From assembly GCA_963826525.1 (NCBI GenBank), contig CAWGXH010000004.1:1664001-1728000 (forward strand): a stretch of DNA of 64,000 nucleotides. The letters are read 5' to 3'. The notes under the pieces were generated by a model. That model did not search any database. It had not been told where the DNA came from and worked only from the letters and a program-made list of their open reading frames with translations. Shown one piece after another: positions 1 through 10,624 of the stretch; positions within the stretch are counted from its first letter, which is position 1; the number at the start of each line of letters is the position of its first letter. The DNA comes from an uncultured Methanomicrobiaceae archaeon (GTDB lineage: Archaea; Halobacteriota; Methanomicrobia; Methanomicrobiales; Methanoculleaceae). Position numbers and translations under genes: made by a program.

Positions 1-2964
1 CGATTTCTCCGTAGCCGGAAATGAGTATAGCGTCGTTCGCAGATTCCGGAAGCGTCCGTCTTCGACACTACACGATGCACGTCTTTTCCTGAACGGAAGG
101 CCGTTCGGTGAGTATGCCGATGGTGTACAGAACGTCCTGCTCGGGGTCCAGCGGGTCGTCGGGATGGCTCCTGCCGATTTTAAAAACACTATCTATGCAG
201 GCCAGAAAGATCTCCTCTCGCTTCTCGAGAGCCGCCCGGGGTCGAGGAAGGACTGGTTCATGCAGGTGCTCGGTATCGAGTATCTCAAACGTGACAGCAT
301 GGAGGAGCTCCGCCGGTGTATCGACGGGTGCGAAAAGAAACTCTCCAATCTGACCGGAAGGCTTGAAGAGGCTCGATGCAGAAGACTGTCCGTGACCGAT
401 TGCTCTTGCTTCAGAGCGACCACGAAGTGGCTGAGCGTGCGATCCGCAGGGCCGAGGAAGAGCGGGCAGCGGCCGGAGAGCGGCGGGAAAAGGCGCGGGG
501 AGAACGCGATCGCCTGTTCGGAGTCCGCGAGCAGCATCTCCAGCTCGCCGCCGAAGAGTCGCGACAGGCAGGGGAGTCTGCAGCGCGTTCTTCTGGAATG
601 CCGTGAGATTGAAGGAGGAGATATACGCAACCGAAGCATTCCGTGAGGAGATCTCCCTTCTCTCCGATACCGCCGGCCACTATGAAAAGGCAGAGGCAGG
701 TATCGCCGAATGTACGGAGAAGAAGGTATGCGTGGAGCGGTTCGACCTCGAATGTGCTCAATGGCGCGATCTTATCGGGCAGCATGAAGGTCGGCGGCAA
801 CGGATTGTCTCGGAACTCGAATCTCTCCGGGAATGCGAAGAGCGGCAGAGCAGCCTTGAGCAGCAGATCCTGATGCGGCGCGAAGTCCCTGAGCGCCTCG
901 AGCAGGTAAAGGCCGTCGAGCCTGAGCATGCACGCCTGAGAAACGAGTTGTCACGCCTGGACGAGCGGTTTTGTGCGGTGGAGCGGCGTGTCGTTGAGAT
1001 CAGGAGCGAAATTGAGGTGGTTGAGGAGCAGCAGCGGCGCCTTGAGGCTCTCGATGCTGCACTGAAGGAGTATGAGGGATACTGTGTCCGCGACGATCTC
1101 CTCTCGCAGGCGGCCGTCTTCGCCCGGCAGCAGGCTCTCTGCCAGCGGGAGATGGGCGACTTTGGGGCGCAGGTGGATAGTATCGATGAGCAGATCGAGG
1201 CGCTATCGGGCAGCCTCGCCGGTCTGGATAATCTTGACGGTCTGGCCTCCTCCCTTGCAGACCGAAAGGAAGAGTTGCTATCCGTCGTCTCGTCATGCAT
1301 CGCACGGAAAGAGACTATCTGCCATGAGCTCGAGAAGATCGCCCGAAACCGTGAGGAGCTGGCTCTCGCGGGCAGGGAAGGGACGTGTCCGACGTGTCGT
1401 CAGCACCTCGGAGATCGGTATGAAGATCTGCTCGGTGAGCTTGCCGAGACTGCTACATCGCTGCAGGCCTCTCTGGCGGCGGTGGAAGAGAGTCATGCCT
1501 GTGCTGCTGCCGAGCAGGTGCGCGTACAGAGAGAACTTGCTCGCCTTGAAGAGCAGCGCCGGCAGCATGAAGAGCTGCAGAACGCACTGCTGATCAAGAG
1601 GTCTCAGCGGAAGGATCTCATGAGCCGCCTTCTGAAATGGCAGAGTGAGTATGAGAGTCACGATGCTGCCATTCGGGCACTCGGTCTTCTGCGGTACGAT
1701 GCCGGCGAACACGAGATCGTAAAACAGCGTCGGGCTGCGCTTGAGCAGCAACGGTCTCGTGCAGATACGCTTCGGGGTATCTGCAGTTCTCTCCCGGCAC
1801 TCAGAAATGAGCGCAAAGAGCTCATCAGCGAGGTTGAAGGATTCCTTGCCCAAAAGGAGGTGCTCGAGGCCGCTTTATTGTCACTTGGCTTCGACCCGGC
1901 CGAGAAGAAGCGGCTCGAGGAGGAACGAGATCAGCTCGAAAGACTGCATCAGGAGTACACCCACAATCAGGCACTCCTTTCCCAGAAGCCGAAGTATTAT
2001 GATGAGATCGTTGAACTCGATGCACGGATCGAGAGCCTGAAGCAGGCGATACGGGATCGCGAGGCGGAACGGGAGCAGCTGGCGTACGATCCTGATCCTG
2101 CACCAGAAACTCCTGGAGCTGTACCGCCGTGCCGGGGATGCTCGCCGACGTGTGCTTGAGCTCGAGGTGCGGATGGAGGAGATCCCCCGCCTTCTGATCA
2201 GACTCGAGAAGAGGCAGACCGAGGCATGCCATCGTGAAGATGAACTCCTCCGGATCCGGAAGGAACGTGCGGCGCTCGGGTTTGACGACCGGCAGGTCGC
2301 GGCCGCAGAAGAATCCCTTGCCAGGGGAGAGCAGGATCTGCAGGCATGCATTGAGGAGCACAACCGGATCGCAATTGGGATACAGCAGACTGAGAGAGAT
2401 ATCGAGCGGTTCCGCCAGACTCTTTCCCGGATCGACGAACTTGTCCGGTCCAGCCAGGGTCTCCGGGAGGAGATCGAGCTCTTACGCCTGACCCGCAAGG
2501 TCATCGGCGACTACATCGTCTATCTCCTGCAGGTCGTCAGGGATCGGATAGAGGATGAGGCCGGGCGTATCCTCGGGGAGATCACGGACGGCCGGTACGA
2601 TACGGTGATGCTTGACGATGACTTTGCTGTTCTGGTACATGATATGGGTGAGGACTACCCTGCCGACAGGTTCAGCGGAGGTGAGCAGGATGATATCGCC
2701 ATATCCTTGCGCATCGCTCTTTCACGATTTCTTGCTGAGGTCAACGAGCTGCATGACAGTACGTTCCTGATCTTTGACGAGATCTTCGCAAGCCAGGACG
2801 AAGGGCGACGCGGCAATCTGGTAAGGGCACTCAGGACTCAGGAGAGCTACTTCCCGCAGATCTTCCTCATCTCGCATATCGCCGAGGTGCAGGATGAGTT
2901 CGCGTCGACGCTGATGGTTGAGATGGGCACCGACAGAACAAGCCGTATCCGGGAGATCGGCTGA
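1..2964 (+). CDS. rad50: Rad50/SbcC SMC-family ATPase (5' end outside window; split by frameshifts near 375, 600 and 2100)
   Basis: IYAGQKDL Q-loop region in ORF 164..646; long coiled coil with CPTC zinc hook in ORF 603..2159; FSGGE signature, FLIFDE Walker B and LISH in ORF 2152..2964; directly upstream of nurA-herA. Confidence 0.88.
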
Positions 2965-4001
2965 TGGACCCGCACGAGGAGTACCGGGAGTCGGTAGCGA
3001 AGCTTGCCGGGCGGATCAGGGAGTATGTGCCCCCGGATATCATTGACCGGTTCGCGAGAGTCAGCCGGTTCGATCCTTCGTCGTTCCTGGCCTGTCCTTC
3101 CGGATTTGAGGGAACCGTATGCGCGGTTGATGGGAGCAACGCCCTTCTCCTCGACGCCGGGAGTTTTTCGGCAGCGGTGGTTCGAGCCTCGGCAAGCTCG
3201 TACCGTGGCGGGGTGCGGCATGGGAGAGCGACAACACCCATGCATATCGTCGCTGTGCATCCGGGAGGGTGCAACGAAGAGTTCAAAGTGCTCTTCTCGG
3301 ACTGTTTCTCGTCTCCGCCGAAAGCGCTGCTCGATCACGACGACCCGCTCCAGAACTCCGCCGTGATGCGCGACACCCTTGAGTACTGGGTAGCGCTGGA
3401 GATGGCCGGGACACTTGATGCCGGAGACCTCATTCTAATCGACGGCACGTTGCGGGTCAGCCATGCCAGCCACGATGAGATCCTCGTCAGACTGATGAAC
3501 CTCTGCAACCTCCGCGGAGTTCTCCTGGCCGCGGTTACGAAACGGACCTCGCTCACCTGGGGTGGCGGGCATCCGATCGTTCCGGCGGCCGAGGGGCTGG
3601 CCAAAACGTTCGGGGTTCCCGAACCTTGGTTCGTCCGCCTATCGGGGCTCGAGGACATCCTCGACCGTCAGCAGTCGCATCCCTGGAAGCAGCGCGGCGA
3701 CCAGTACATCGCACGACTGCATCCCCGTTCCCCGAGAGCGTTCAAGGTTGAACTCCCCCGGTATGACGGTTGCGAAACGGTGGCGAAGGTTTTCTCAGGC
3801 CTCGCTGCATATGCCGATGATGGAAGGATCACCGGATATCCCTATCCGCTCATGGATGCACATCTGACGACGAAGATAGGGAAGGATGCTGTCGATCAGA
3901 TACGCCAGGACCTCATGCGGGGGATGGTCGAACAGGGCATGAGCCACCGCGAGTACGTACGCCTCTTTGGAGATTACCATGACGAGTTTGATCGATATTA
4001 A
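2964..4001 (+). CDS. nurA: NurA 5'-3' nuclease
   Basis: AVDGS, ILIDGTL and GYPYPLMDAH motifs; start overlaps the rad50 stop (TGATG). Confidence 0.88.
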   Translation: MDPHEEYRESVAKLAGRIREYVPPDIIDRFARVSRFDPSSFLACPSGFEGTVCAVDGSNALLLDAGSFSAAVVRASASSYRGGVRHGRATTPMHIVAVHPGGCNEEFKVLFSDCFSSPPKALLDHDDPLQNSAVMRDTLEYWVALEMAGTLDAGDLILIDGTLRVSHASHDEILVRLMNLCNLRGVLLAAVTKRTSLTWGGGHPIVPAAEGLAKTFGVPEPWFVRLSGLEDILDRQQSHPWKQRGDQYIARLHPRSPRAFKVELPRYDGCETVAKVFSGLAAYADDGRITGYPYPLMDAHLTTKIGKDAVDQIRQDLMRGMVEQGMSHREYVRLFGDYHDEFDRY

Positions 4002-5592
4002 TCTGAACGATACCTCGAAGTACCGCCTGATCGGGGATCGGGTGCTCAGCTACCGTTTCGCAGTCCCCCACGATGAGGAGTTCTACATCGGGGATATCCT
4101 GAAGATCACGGACACGGTCAAGGGACTGGTCTTCTTTGCGAAGGTGAGCGATCTTATCCACGACAGCAACTTCTCCGACCCGAGGTGGGATACCCGTCCC
4201 CACACCGAACACTTCTACGGCCTTGGTGAGGACGTCTACATTCTCGTCGAGGCGCTGCCGCTCGGTTATGTGGGAGACGACGAGCGCTTTCGAAAGCCGC
4301 GGACGATCCCGGCGAAGTTCGCACGGGTCGAGCGCCCCAGCGCAGAGGATTTTCTCTTCCTGCGGCAGGTGATGGGAGAGATCGAGGTCGGCGTGATGAA
4401 GAGCGGCCAGGGTGTCCTGCAGGATGTGAAGGTCTCTCTCCACGCGGCCGTCATGCGCCAGCACATGGGCGTTTTTGCAACGACCGGTATGGGGAAGAGC
4501 AACTTTATGAAAGTCTTCTGTGCGTCCTGTATGGCTGCCAGACAGTTCGGCCTGCTCATCGTCGATCCCCACGGCGAGTACGTTGCGGGTGGGCGGTCGT
4601 CGAGTGGATTTGCGACGAAGGGTCTTGTCCACTATCAGGCCGGGCGGGAGGGGCTCTCGGTCTTCACCATCGACGAATCGAGGCGGAAGAAGTACGGCCT
4701 CAACCGCCTCTGGCTCGAGTATGACGATTTCAGGTCGCCGGATCTCCTGCTCCTGTACGAACACTCTGATGCCCAGCGCGACGTCATCGAGAAACTGGAG
4801 AAGTATTCGGGCTCCGATGTTATCGGCTTTTTTGAGGAGAACGAGGATCTCTCCGACTTCGATGCCAGCGCCTATACGGGGGAGTATCGGGATATTGCGT
4901 GGGATCTGCGAAACTTTTCTACGAAGACGCTCCCGGTGGTGCAGCGGCATATCGAGAGTATGGTCGCCCGGAACCGGTCGTTTCTCCGTTCGAAGGGTTC
5001 ATCGATACTGGAGATCATCAGGGCGCTCCATGAAAACAAGGTTGTGCTGATCGATATCCCCCGGATGAGTGAGCAGAGCGAACTCTTCGTCCTCTCGATT
5101 CTTACCCGTGAGATTATGCGCCGCCATCAGGGGGATGACGCGACGTGCGGGAGCGGAGGAGGTTCCGACGAGCAGAAGCAGGTGCTGATAGCAATCGAGG
5201 AGGCACAGCGGGTGCTTGGCTCCGGCGGGCAGAGTACCCGGATCTTCCGCGAATGCGCCATGGAAGGGAGAAAGTTCGGCGTCGGCATCTGCGTCGTGAC
5301 CCAGCAGCCGAAGAATATCGATGCCCGTGTGCTCGCCCAGCTGAATACCTTCGTCGTTATGGGGCTCTCGGACCGCGGCGACCGCGATACCATTGCCAGC
5401 AGCGCAAAACAGGATCTTTCACGCCTCGATACGGAGATTCAGACGCTCGAACCCGGCGAAGCGGTCATCAGCACCCTGCGTATTCCGTTCCCGGTGAGTA
5501 CGCGCATCCACCTCTTCGAGGAGTACATCGATGAACTCGGGAAAAAGCCGGTCAGAAAATCGATAGATGACGGGCTCGACACCAGATTCTGA
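3979..5592 (+). CDS. herA: HerA helicase/ATPase
   Basis: HMGVFATTGMGKS Walker A, DPHGEY, IEEAQ Walker B, EGRKFG; ATG at 3979 after GGAG; overlaps the nurA 3' end. Confidence 0.9.
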   Translation: MTSLIDINLNDTSKYRLIGDRVLSYRFAVPHDEEFYIGDILKITDTVKGLVFFAKVSDLIHDSNFSDPRWDTRPHTEHFYGLGEDVYILVEALPLGYVGDDERFRKPRTIPAKFARVERPSAEDFLFLRQVMGEIEVGVMKSGQGVLQDVKVSLHAAVMRQHMGVFATTGMGKSNFMKVFCASCMAARQFGLLIVDPHGEYVAGGRSSSGFATKGLVHYQAGREGLSVFTIDESRRKKYGLNRLWLEYDDFRSPDLLLLYEHSDAQRDVIEKLEKYSGSDVIGFFEENEDLSDFDASAYTGEYRDIAWDLRNFSTKTLPVVQRHIESMVARNRSFLRSKGSSILEIIRALHENKVVLIDIPRMSEQSELFVLSILTREIMRRHQGDDATCGSGGGSDEQKQVLIAIEEAQRVLGSGGQSTRIFRECAMEGRKFGVGICVVTQQPKNIDARVLAQLNTFVVMGLSDRGDRDTIASSAKQDLSRLDTEIQTLEPGEAVISTLRIPFPVSTRIHLFEEYIDELGKKPVRKSIDDGLDTRF

Positions 5593-5691
5593 GGTTGTCG
5601 GCAGTGTAGAAGAGGGGATAGTCTGTCGGGATCGGGCTGATCCGCGCAGGGTTATTCCCCGGGTATCACGAGATCCTGACGTTGGTCAGGA

Positions 5692-6216
5692 TTATTTCTT
5701 CTTCTTTTCGGGTGGTGTCGCTTCGGCGGTCTTCCGTATCGAGACGCAGTTGACGACTGCGTCGCCGCTCAGGAGATATCGCTTCACGACCGTTCCGAGC
5801 ACCTCGACCTTATCGTTCACCTGTATGTCTTCCTGCGGATTGGTGAACATCTTCACCGCTATCTCGCCGGTGCGATCGGCAACGAGGTACTGCGGCCGGT
5901 TGAGGAACTGGAAATGCACCCGCTCTACGATGCCGACGATCCGGATCGGTTCGCCGAGCATGTTCAGGTTTATCTCCCGAATCCGGACATCCTTTGCTTC
6001 CTGCTCGTACATCGGAACCAGCGATGCGTACTGCTGCTGGCTCATGTAGTTGAGTGCTGCGGGAATGACGAGAAGCAATGCGAGAATCGGGACTCCCCAG
6101 AGCAGGAGCGATGTCTCTCCTGTGGATATGACCGTACCGAGTAAAATAATGGTGAAGATACCAAAAACGGCCAGTGATATGACCGATATCTTCACATTGA
6201 CTTTTCCGATTTTCAT
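5692..6216 (-). CDS. Membrane-anchored OB-fold protein
   Basis: Two N-terminal hydrophobic helices followed by an OB-fold pattern (IRIVGIV...YLVADRTGEIAV...DKVEVLG); starts 11 nt after the fdhC stop. Confidence 0.7.
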   Translation of the reverse strand: MKIGKVNVKISVISLAVFGIFTIILLGTVISTGETSLLLWGVPILALLLVIPAALNYMSQQQYASLVPMYEQEAKDVRIREINLNMLGEPIRIVGIVERVHFQFLNRPQYLVADRTGEIAVKMFTNPQEDIQVNDKVEVLGTVVKRYLLSGDAVVNCVSIRKTAEATPPEKKKK

Positions 6217-6227
6217 CTGGAATCTCT

Positions 6228-7097
6228 TTACTTCAGTGCTGCAATCTCTTTCCGGAAGGCGACCCAGTAGAGGGCAGCGACGAAGACGAGACCGCCGACG
6301 ATGTTGCCGATGGTTGCCATGATGACGTTGTTCGTCCACATGGTCACCCAGGACAGGCTTGCGAGCTTGGCACCGATGGTTGTGGCTTGTTCTACGCTTA
6401 AGAACCCGCTGACCATGATACCGGTGGGGATGAAGTACATGTTTGCGACGCAGTGCTCAAATCCGGTGGCGACGAAGGCCATGATGGGGAACCAGATTCC
6501 GAAGAACTTGCCGATAAGGTCGTCGGCACAGATACCCAGCAGCACTGCCAGGTTGACGAGCCAGTTACAGGCGATAGCCTTCAGGAAGAGCGACCACTGT
6601 GCCATTAAGCCTACGTAGCCGACTTTGCCGACGGCGATGTTCACGGCGGCGAGGCCGAAAGCGTTGACGGTTGCTGCGCCTGCTGCATCGAAGCCTACGA
6701 GCGGGCCGTAGGCCATGATGTATGCGAATATAAGGGAACCGATAAGGTTTCCGATGTATACCCAGACCCACAGGTTAAGCACGTTAGCCCAGCTGATCTT
6801 GTGAATAAATGCAGCCATCGGGGCGAGCATCGCGTCGCCGGTAAAGAGCTCTGCACCGGTCAGGACGATGATAATAAGCCCAACAGGGAAAACCGCACCG
6901 AGAATCAGTTTTGCGAAACCTGCACCAAGGAATGCCGCCACACCGGTACTACAGACCGTTGCAAGAGCACCGCCCATGGCGATGTATGATCCTGCCATGA
7001 GTCCACGGAGGAGCATATTCCATGCCGGCAGACCGGTTTTGTACTTACCGGCATCTGCGGCTTTTGCCACAATAGCAACTGGAGGATGGAACACCAT
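6228..7097 (-). CDS. fdhC: Formate/nitrite transporter (FNT) family
   Basis: FPVGL, GAELFTG, CNWLVNLAV and FEHCVANM FNT motifs; GAGGTG Shine-Dalgarno; next to the fdhAB cluster. Confidence 0.92.
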   Translation of the reverse strand: MVFHPPVAIVAKAADAGKYKTGLPAWNMLLRGLMAGSYIAMGGALATVCSTGVAAFLGAGFAKLILGAVFPVGLIIIVLTGAELFTGDAMLAPMAAFIHKISWANVLNLWVWVYIGNLIGSLIFAYIMAYGPLVGFDAAGAATVNAFGLAAVNIAVGKVGYVGLMAQWSLFLKAIACNWLVNLAVLLGICADDLIGKFFGIWFPIMAFVATGFEHCVANMYFIPTGIMVSGFLSVEQATTIGAKLASLSWVTMWTNNVIMATIGNIVGGLVFVAALYWVAFRKEIAALK

Positions 7098-7472
7098 TTT
7101 CTTTACACCTCTCTAAACGTCCTACCTATACCAGCGAGTAATTTAATCTGTATAGGTTCAAATTAGAGTAATTGGAGAATGCTATTAATACCTTTCGAAT
7201 CGTGCATATCAGAAACGTAATTTTTAGCCGTTTGCCGCTCTCCGGTATGTACGTGGTAAATCCATTTTGATGAATAATGCCGAAATGTTAATCATATTGT
7301 TGGATATGTATTCTTCTACACGCAGATTCCTCTGTTTTCTGAGGGTGTTTGATGCTCATGAATCGATAGGCGCGCCCGTACTTTCTCTGCGGTGAAACGC
7401 TGGTATTCTGCACCTGCAGTATGGTCATAATCGCTGATCATAAGTGGACGATGGGTCAACCTGTATTCACAC

Positions 7473-9344
7473 ATGCTGATTGAGGCCGTAAGCACTCCAT
7501 ATAAGAAGCTCATCCTCATTGCCGTTCTCATTGGGATAGTATCCGGTATCGGAGCCCTCTTCTTCTTTGAGGGGCTAAAGATCGGAACAGCCTTTTTTAT
7601 GGGGGATGTGGTTGGGTTCCAGCTGCCAGGAGAAGGGCAGACCGTGCTGGATATCGGGCAGTGGGCGCCTCCTGACCATCTCTGGATGATCCTGCCCGTC
7701 ATCTGCTTCGGTGGTCTCGTCTCCGGTCTGCTCGTCTATACCCTGGCACCGGAGGCCGAAGGGCACGGAACCGATGCGGCTATCAAGGCATTCCACGGGA
7801 ATGGGCGGATACGTAAGCGCGTGCCCCTTCTCAAGGCGATTACAGCAATCCTGACCATCTCCACGGGCGGAAGTGCCGGGCGTGAAGGCCCCACCGCCCA
7901 GATCTCCGCGGGTTTCGGCTCAATCGCTGCCGACCTCCTGGGGCTCTCACCGCAGGAGCGGAGAATAGCCATCGCAACCGGTGTCGGTGCCGGGATCGGC
8001 ACAATCTTCATGGCCCCTCTCGGTGGAGCAATCCTCGCCGCTGAAGTCCTCTATAAACAGGACTTTGAGACCGAGGCCATTGTTCCCGCATTTCTTGCTT
8101 CCGTCATCGGCTATGCCATCTTCGGCCTTGTGGAGGGGTTCGAGCCGGTATTCGGTGCAGCGACGATCACCTGGAGCGTCTACCAGATCCCGCTCTTCCT
8201 CCTTCTCGGCGTGGTCTCGACCGCAGTCGGCATCCTGTACATCGCTCTCTTCTACGGCACACAGCGGGTATTCAAGGACACTTTCTCCCGGTACAACCTG
8301 CCAAACCACGTGAAGCCTCTGGTCGGGGCATTTTTGACCGGCATGCTCGTTATCGGTCTTGCATCCCTCTCGCCGGATGCGGCGATCATCGGGTTTGCCA
8401 GCCTTGGAACCGGATATGGCTTTGCACAGCTCGCGCTCTACAACATGCTCCCGCTCAGTGTGCTCCTTTTCCTCCCGTTCACGAAGATCCTGACGACGTC
8501 GTTCACCATCGGCTCCGGGGGGAGCGGTGGCGTCTTCGCTCCGGGTCTTATGATCGGGGGAGCGACCGGCGGTGCTCTCGGCTCCCTGCTCCATCTTCTC
8601 CTCCCAGGCCTTGTCCCACTCGAATCGGTACCGGCGTTCGTCATCGTCGGGATGATCGCCCTCTTCGGTGCGATCTCCCACGCTCCCATCGCGGTTATGA
8701 TAATGGTCGTAGAGATGACCGGCGACTTCTCGCTGCTCGTACCCGCGATGGGGGCGGTATCGATCGCATATGTCCTGATTGGGGAGTCCACGATCTTCCG
8801 CGAGCAGGTCTTAAACCGGGCGCAGTCAGCGGCGCATCGGGATGAGTATACGATAGAGGTTCTCGATGATATCCGGGTCGGAGAGGTTATGGTGGCGCGC
8901 GACCGGATCATTGCGGTCTCATCCGGCGATCCGGCGGGACGGGTGCTCGGGCTGATCGATGAGACCCTGCATACCGGCTTTCCCGTGCTGAATCCGGAAG
9001 GATCGCTGATCGGCATCGTGGCCATCCGGGACGTCAGAGGAGTCAGTGATCCTCTCGCTGTTCGTGTGGAGGATGTCATGACGTCACCGGTCGTCACCGT
9101 ACATCCGGCAGATACCCTTGAAGAGGCACTCAGCACGATGATCCGGTACGAGATCCATCATCTGCCCGTCGTTCCTCCCGATGACGGACGGGCACTCGTC
9201 GGCTTCCTTACGAGAACCGATATCATGAAGGCTTACATCAGACGATCTGCGCAGATGGCCGTGCAGGGGCACCCGCCGGAGCAGCGCGAGGCAGCGGAGT
9301 CGCCTGCGAGGCAGGGGGGCGAGCGCAGCCGGACAGGTCTCTAA
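7473..9344 (+). CDS. ClC-family chloride channel/antiporter with C-terminal CBS pair
   Basis: GHGTD, GSAGREGP and GGSGGVFAP signatures; CBS repeats (HTGFPV, HHLPVV...GFLTRTD). Confidence 0.92.
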   Translation: MLIEAVSTPYKKLILIAVLIGIVSGIGALFFFEGLKIGTAFFMGDVVGFQLPGEGQTVLDIGQWAPPDHLWMILPVICFGGLVSGLLVYTLAPEAEGHGTDAAIKAFHGNGRIRKRVPLLKAITAILTISTGGSAGREGPTAQISAGFGSIAADLLGLSPQERRIAIATGVGAGIGTIFMAPLGGAILAAEVLYKQDFETEAIVPAFLASVIGYAIFGLVEGFEPVFGAATITWSVYQIPLFLLLGVVSTAVGILYIALFYGTQRVFKDTFSRYNLPNHVKPLVGAFLTGMLVIGLASLSPDAAIIGFASLGTGYGFAQLALYNMLPLSVLLFLPFTKILTTSFTIGSGGSGGVFAPGLMIGGATGGALGSLLHLLLPGLVPLESVPAFVIVGMIALFGAISHAPIAVMIMVVEMTGDFSLLVPAMGAVSIAYVLIGESTIFREQVLNRAQSAAHRDEYTIEVLDDIRVGEVMVARDRIIAVSSGDPAGRVLGLIDETLHTGFPVLNPEGSLIGIVAIRDVRGVSDPLAVRVEDVMTSPVVTVHPADTLEEALSTMIRYEIHHLPVVPPDDGRALVGFLTRTDIMKAYIRRSAQMAVQGHPPEQREAAESPARQGGERSRTGL

Positions 9345-9348
9345 AAAG

Positions 9349-10622
9349 TTAGGATTTGGTGAAGATATCGAAGATCTGGTCGCTGCCGGTTGCGTCAAGG
9401 CGCTTTCTCTCCGCCTTTTCATCGACGAGCGCGAGGACGGGTGGGGTCATATCCTCTCCGGGGTGGAACCCGAAGAGTTCTTCGAGGTCGACCTGCAGCG
9501 CGTGCATGAAGACCGAGTTTGAGATCTCTACCGGACAGAGTTCCTCGCACTGGCCGCAGTTGACGCACGAATCGGAGATGTGCGCGAACCGGATCAGGTG
9601 GAACATGAACGGTGGTGGAATCTTGCCTGGCTCGACGAGGTAGTCTTTCTTCGTGCTGCAGTCCTGACAGTAGCAGACCGGACAGTTCTCGATACATGAG
9701 TAACACTTGATGCAGCGGCTCGTCTCCTCCATAATCGTCTGGAGGCGCTCCCTCCCTTCGCCGAGTGCACCGAAGTAGCGCTCACGCCACCTGTCGCCGA
9801 GTTTGAGCATCGCGTTCTCGACCTTGCCGCGGATCTCGATACCTTTGGGATTCGGCGCTTCGGTCGCAAGAGCACCGGCGTTCACTGCTCCGTTCACGAG
9901 GTTCGCACCTTTTTCAGAACCGATCTCAACGAAAGTAGCGTTTCCTGCCTTATCGCCGATGACACCCCAGTTTCCGCAGGCGAGGTCGGCCTGCCGGGGG
10001 ATCTTGATCTTGCAGCGGCGACAGTTGCTCCGGCGGCCGAGCCCCTCGTCACCGAGCAGGTTCCCGGCTCCCTCTTCGAGTTCGTCGATAGAGATACTTT
10101 TGTGCTCTCCGTCTTTTGTGATGACGATGAACTTTCCTTTGTCGATCTCCTCTTTCACGACATCGTCCGGATCGAGTCCGAGTCTCTCTCTGACGATGAT
10201 CCTGGCCGTCTCCGGCCTGATAGTCCCGCCGCAGTTGAGGCCGATCATAATGACGTTGTCGAGGTTTACCTGGTTGCGTTTGGCCATCTCGTACATCGCC
10301 TTCACGTCGCATCCTTTCAGCACTGCTGCCACTTTTATATCGGGTTCGACAGCAAGGAGACACCGCCTCATCTGCTTCGGAAGGAGGAGCGTTCCGCAGT
10401 GGAGGGACCCTGCCGCCCCTCCTATCTCTGCGGGATCGGTGATGAGCGTCGGTACCGCGTCATAGACGTCGGCGCCCTTCCGGACGGCGAAGACACCGTC
10501 GACGGTGCCGCTCTCAAGGGCGTACTTCAGGAGAGCGCTGAAACGGCGCCACCGGTCTCGGCCTTCTCCCGAAGAGCGTCGTCGGTTGTCCATGCATAGA
10601 GTAAATCGCCTTTTACCGCCAT
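9349..10622 (-). CDS. fdhB: F420-type formate dehydrogenase beta subunit, copy 1 (frameshift near 10540)
   Basis: GSLHCG, GLNCGG, RRSNCRRC and two CxxCxxCxxxC motifs; the true N-terminus MAVKGDLLYAW starts at 10622 in another frame. Confidence 0.9.
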
Positions 10623-10624
10623 TT

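Noticed and set aside
1-5592. HerA plus nuclease as an anti-phage system
   Set aside because: The rad50-nurA-herA order matches the standard archaeal double-strand-break repair operon.
7300-7472. Fluoride (crcB) riboswitch upstream of the ClC gene
   Set aside because: No convincing riboswitch core, and the protein lacks the GNNLI/GREGT signature of fluoride-exporting ClCs.
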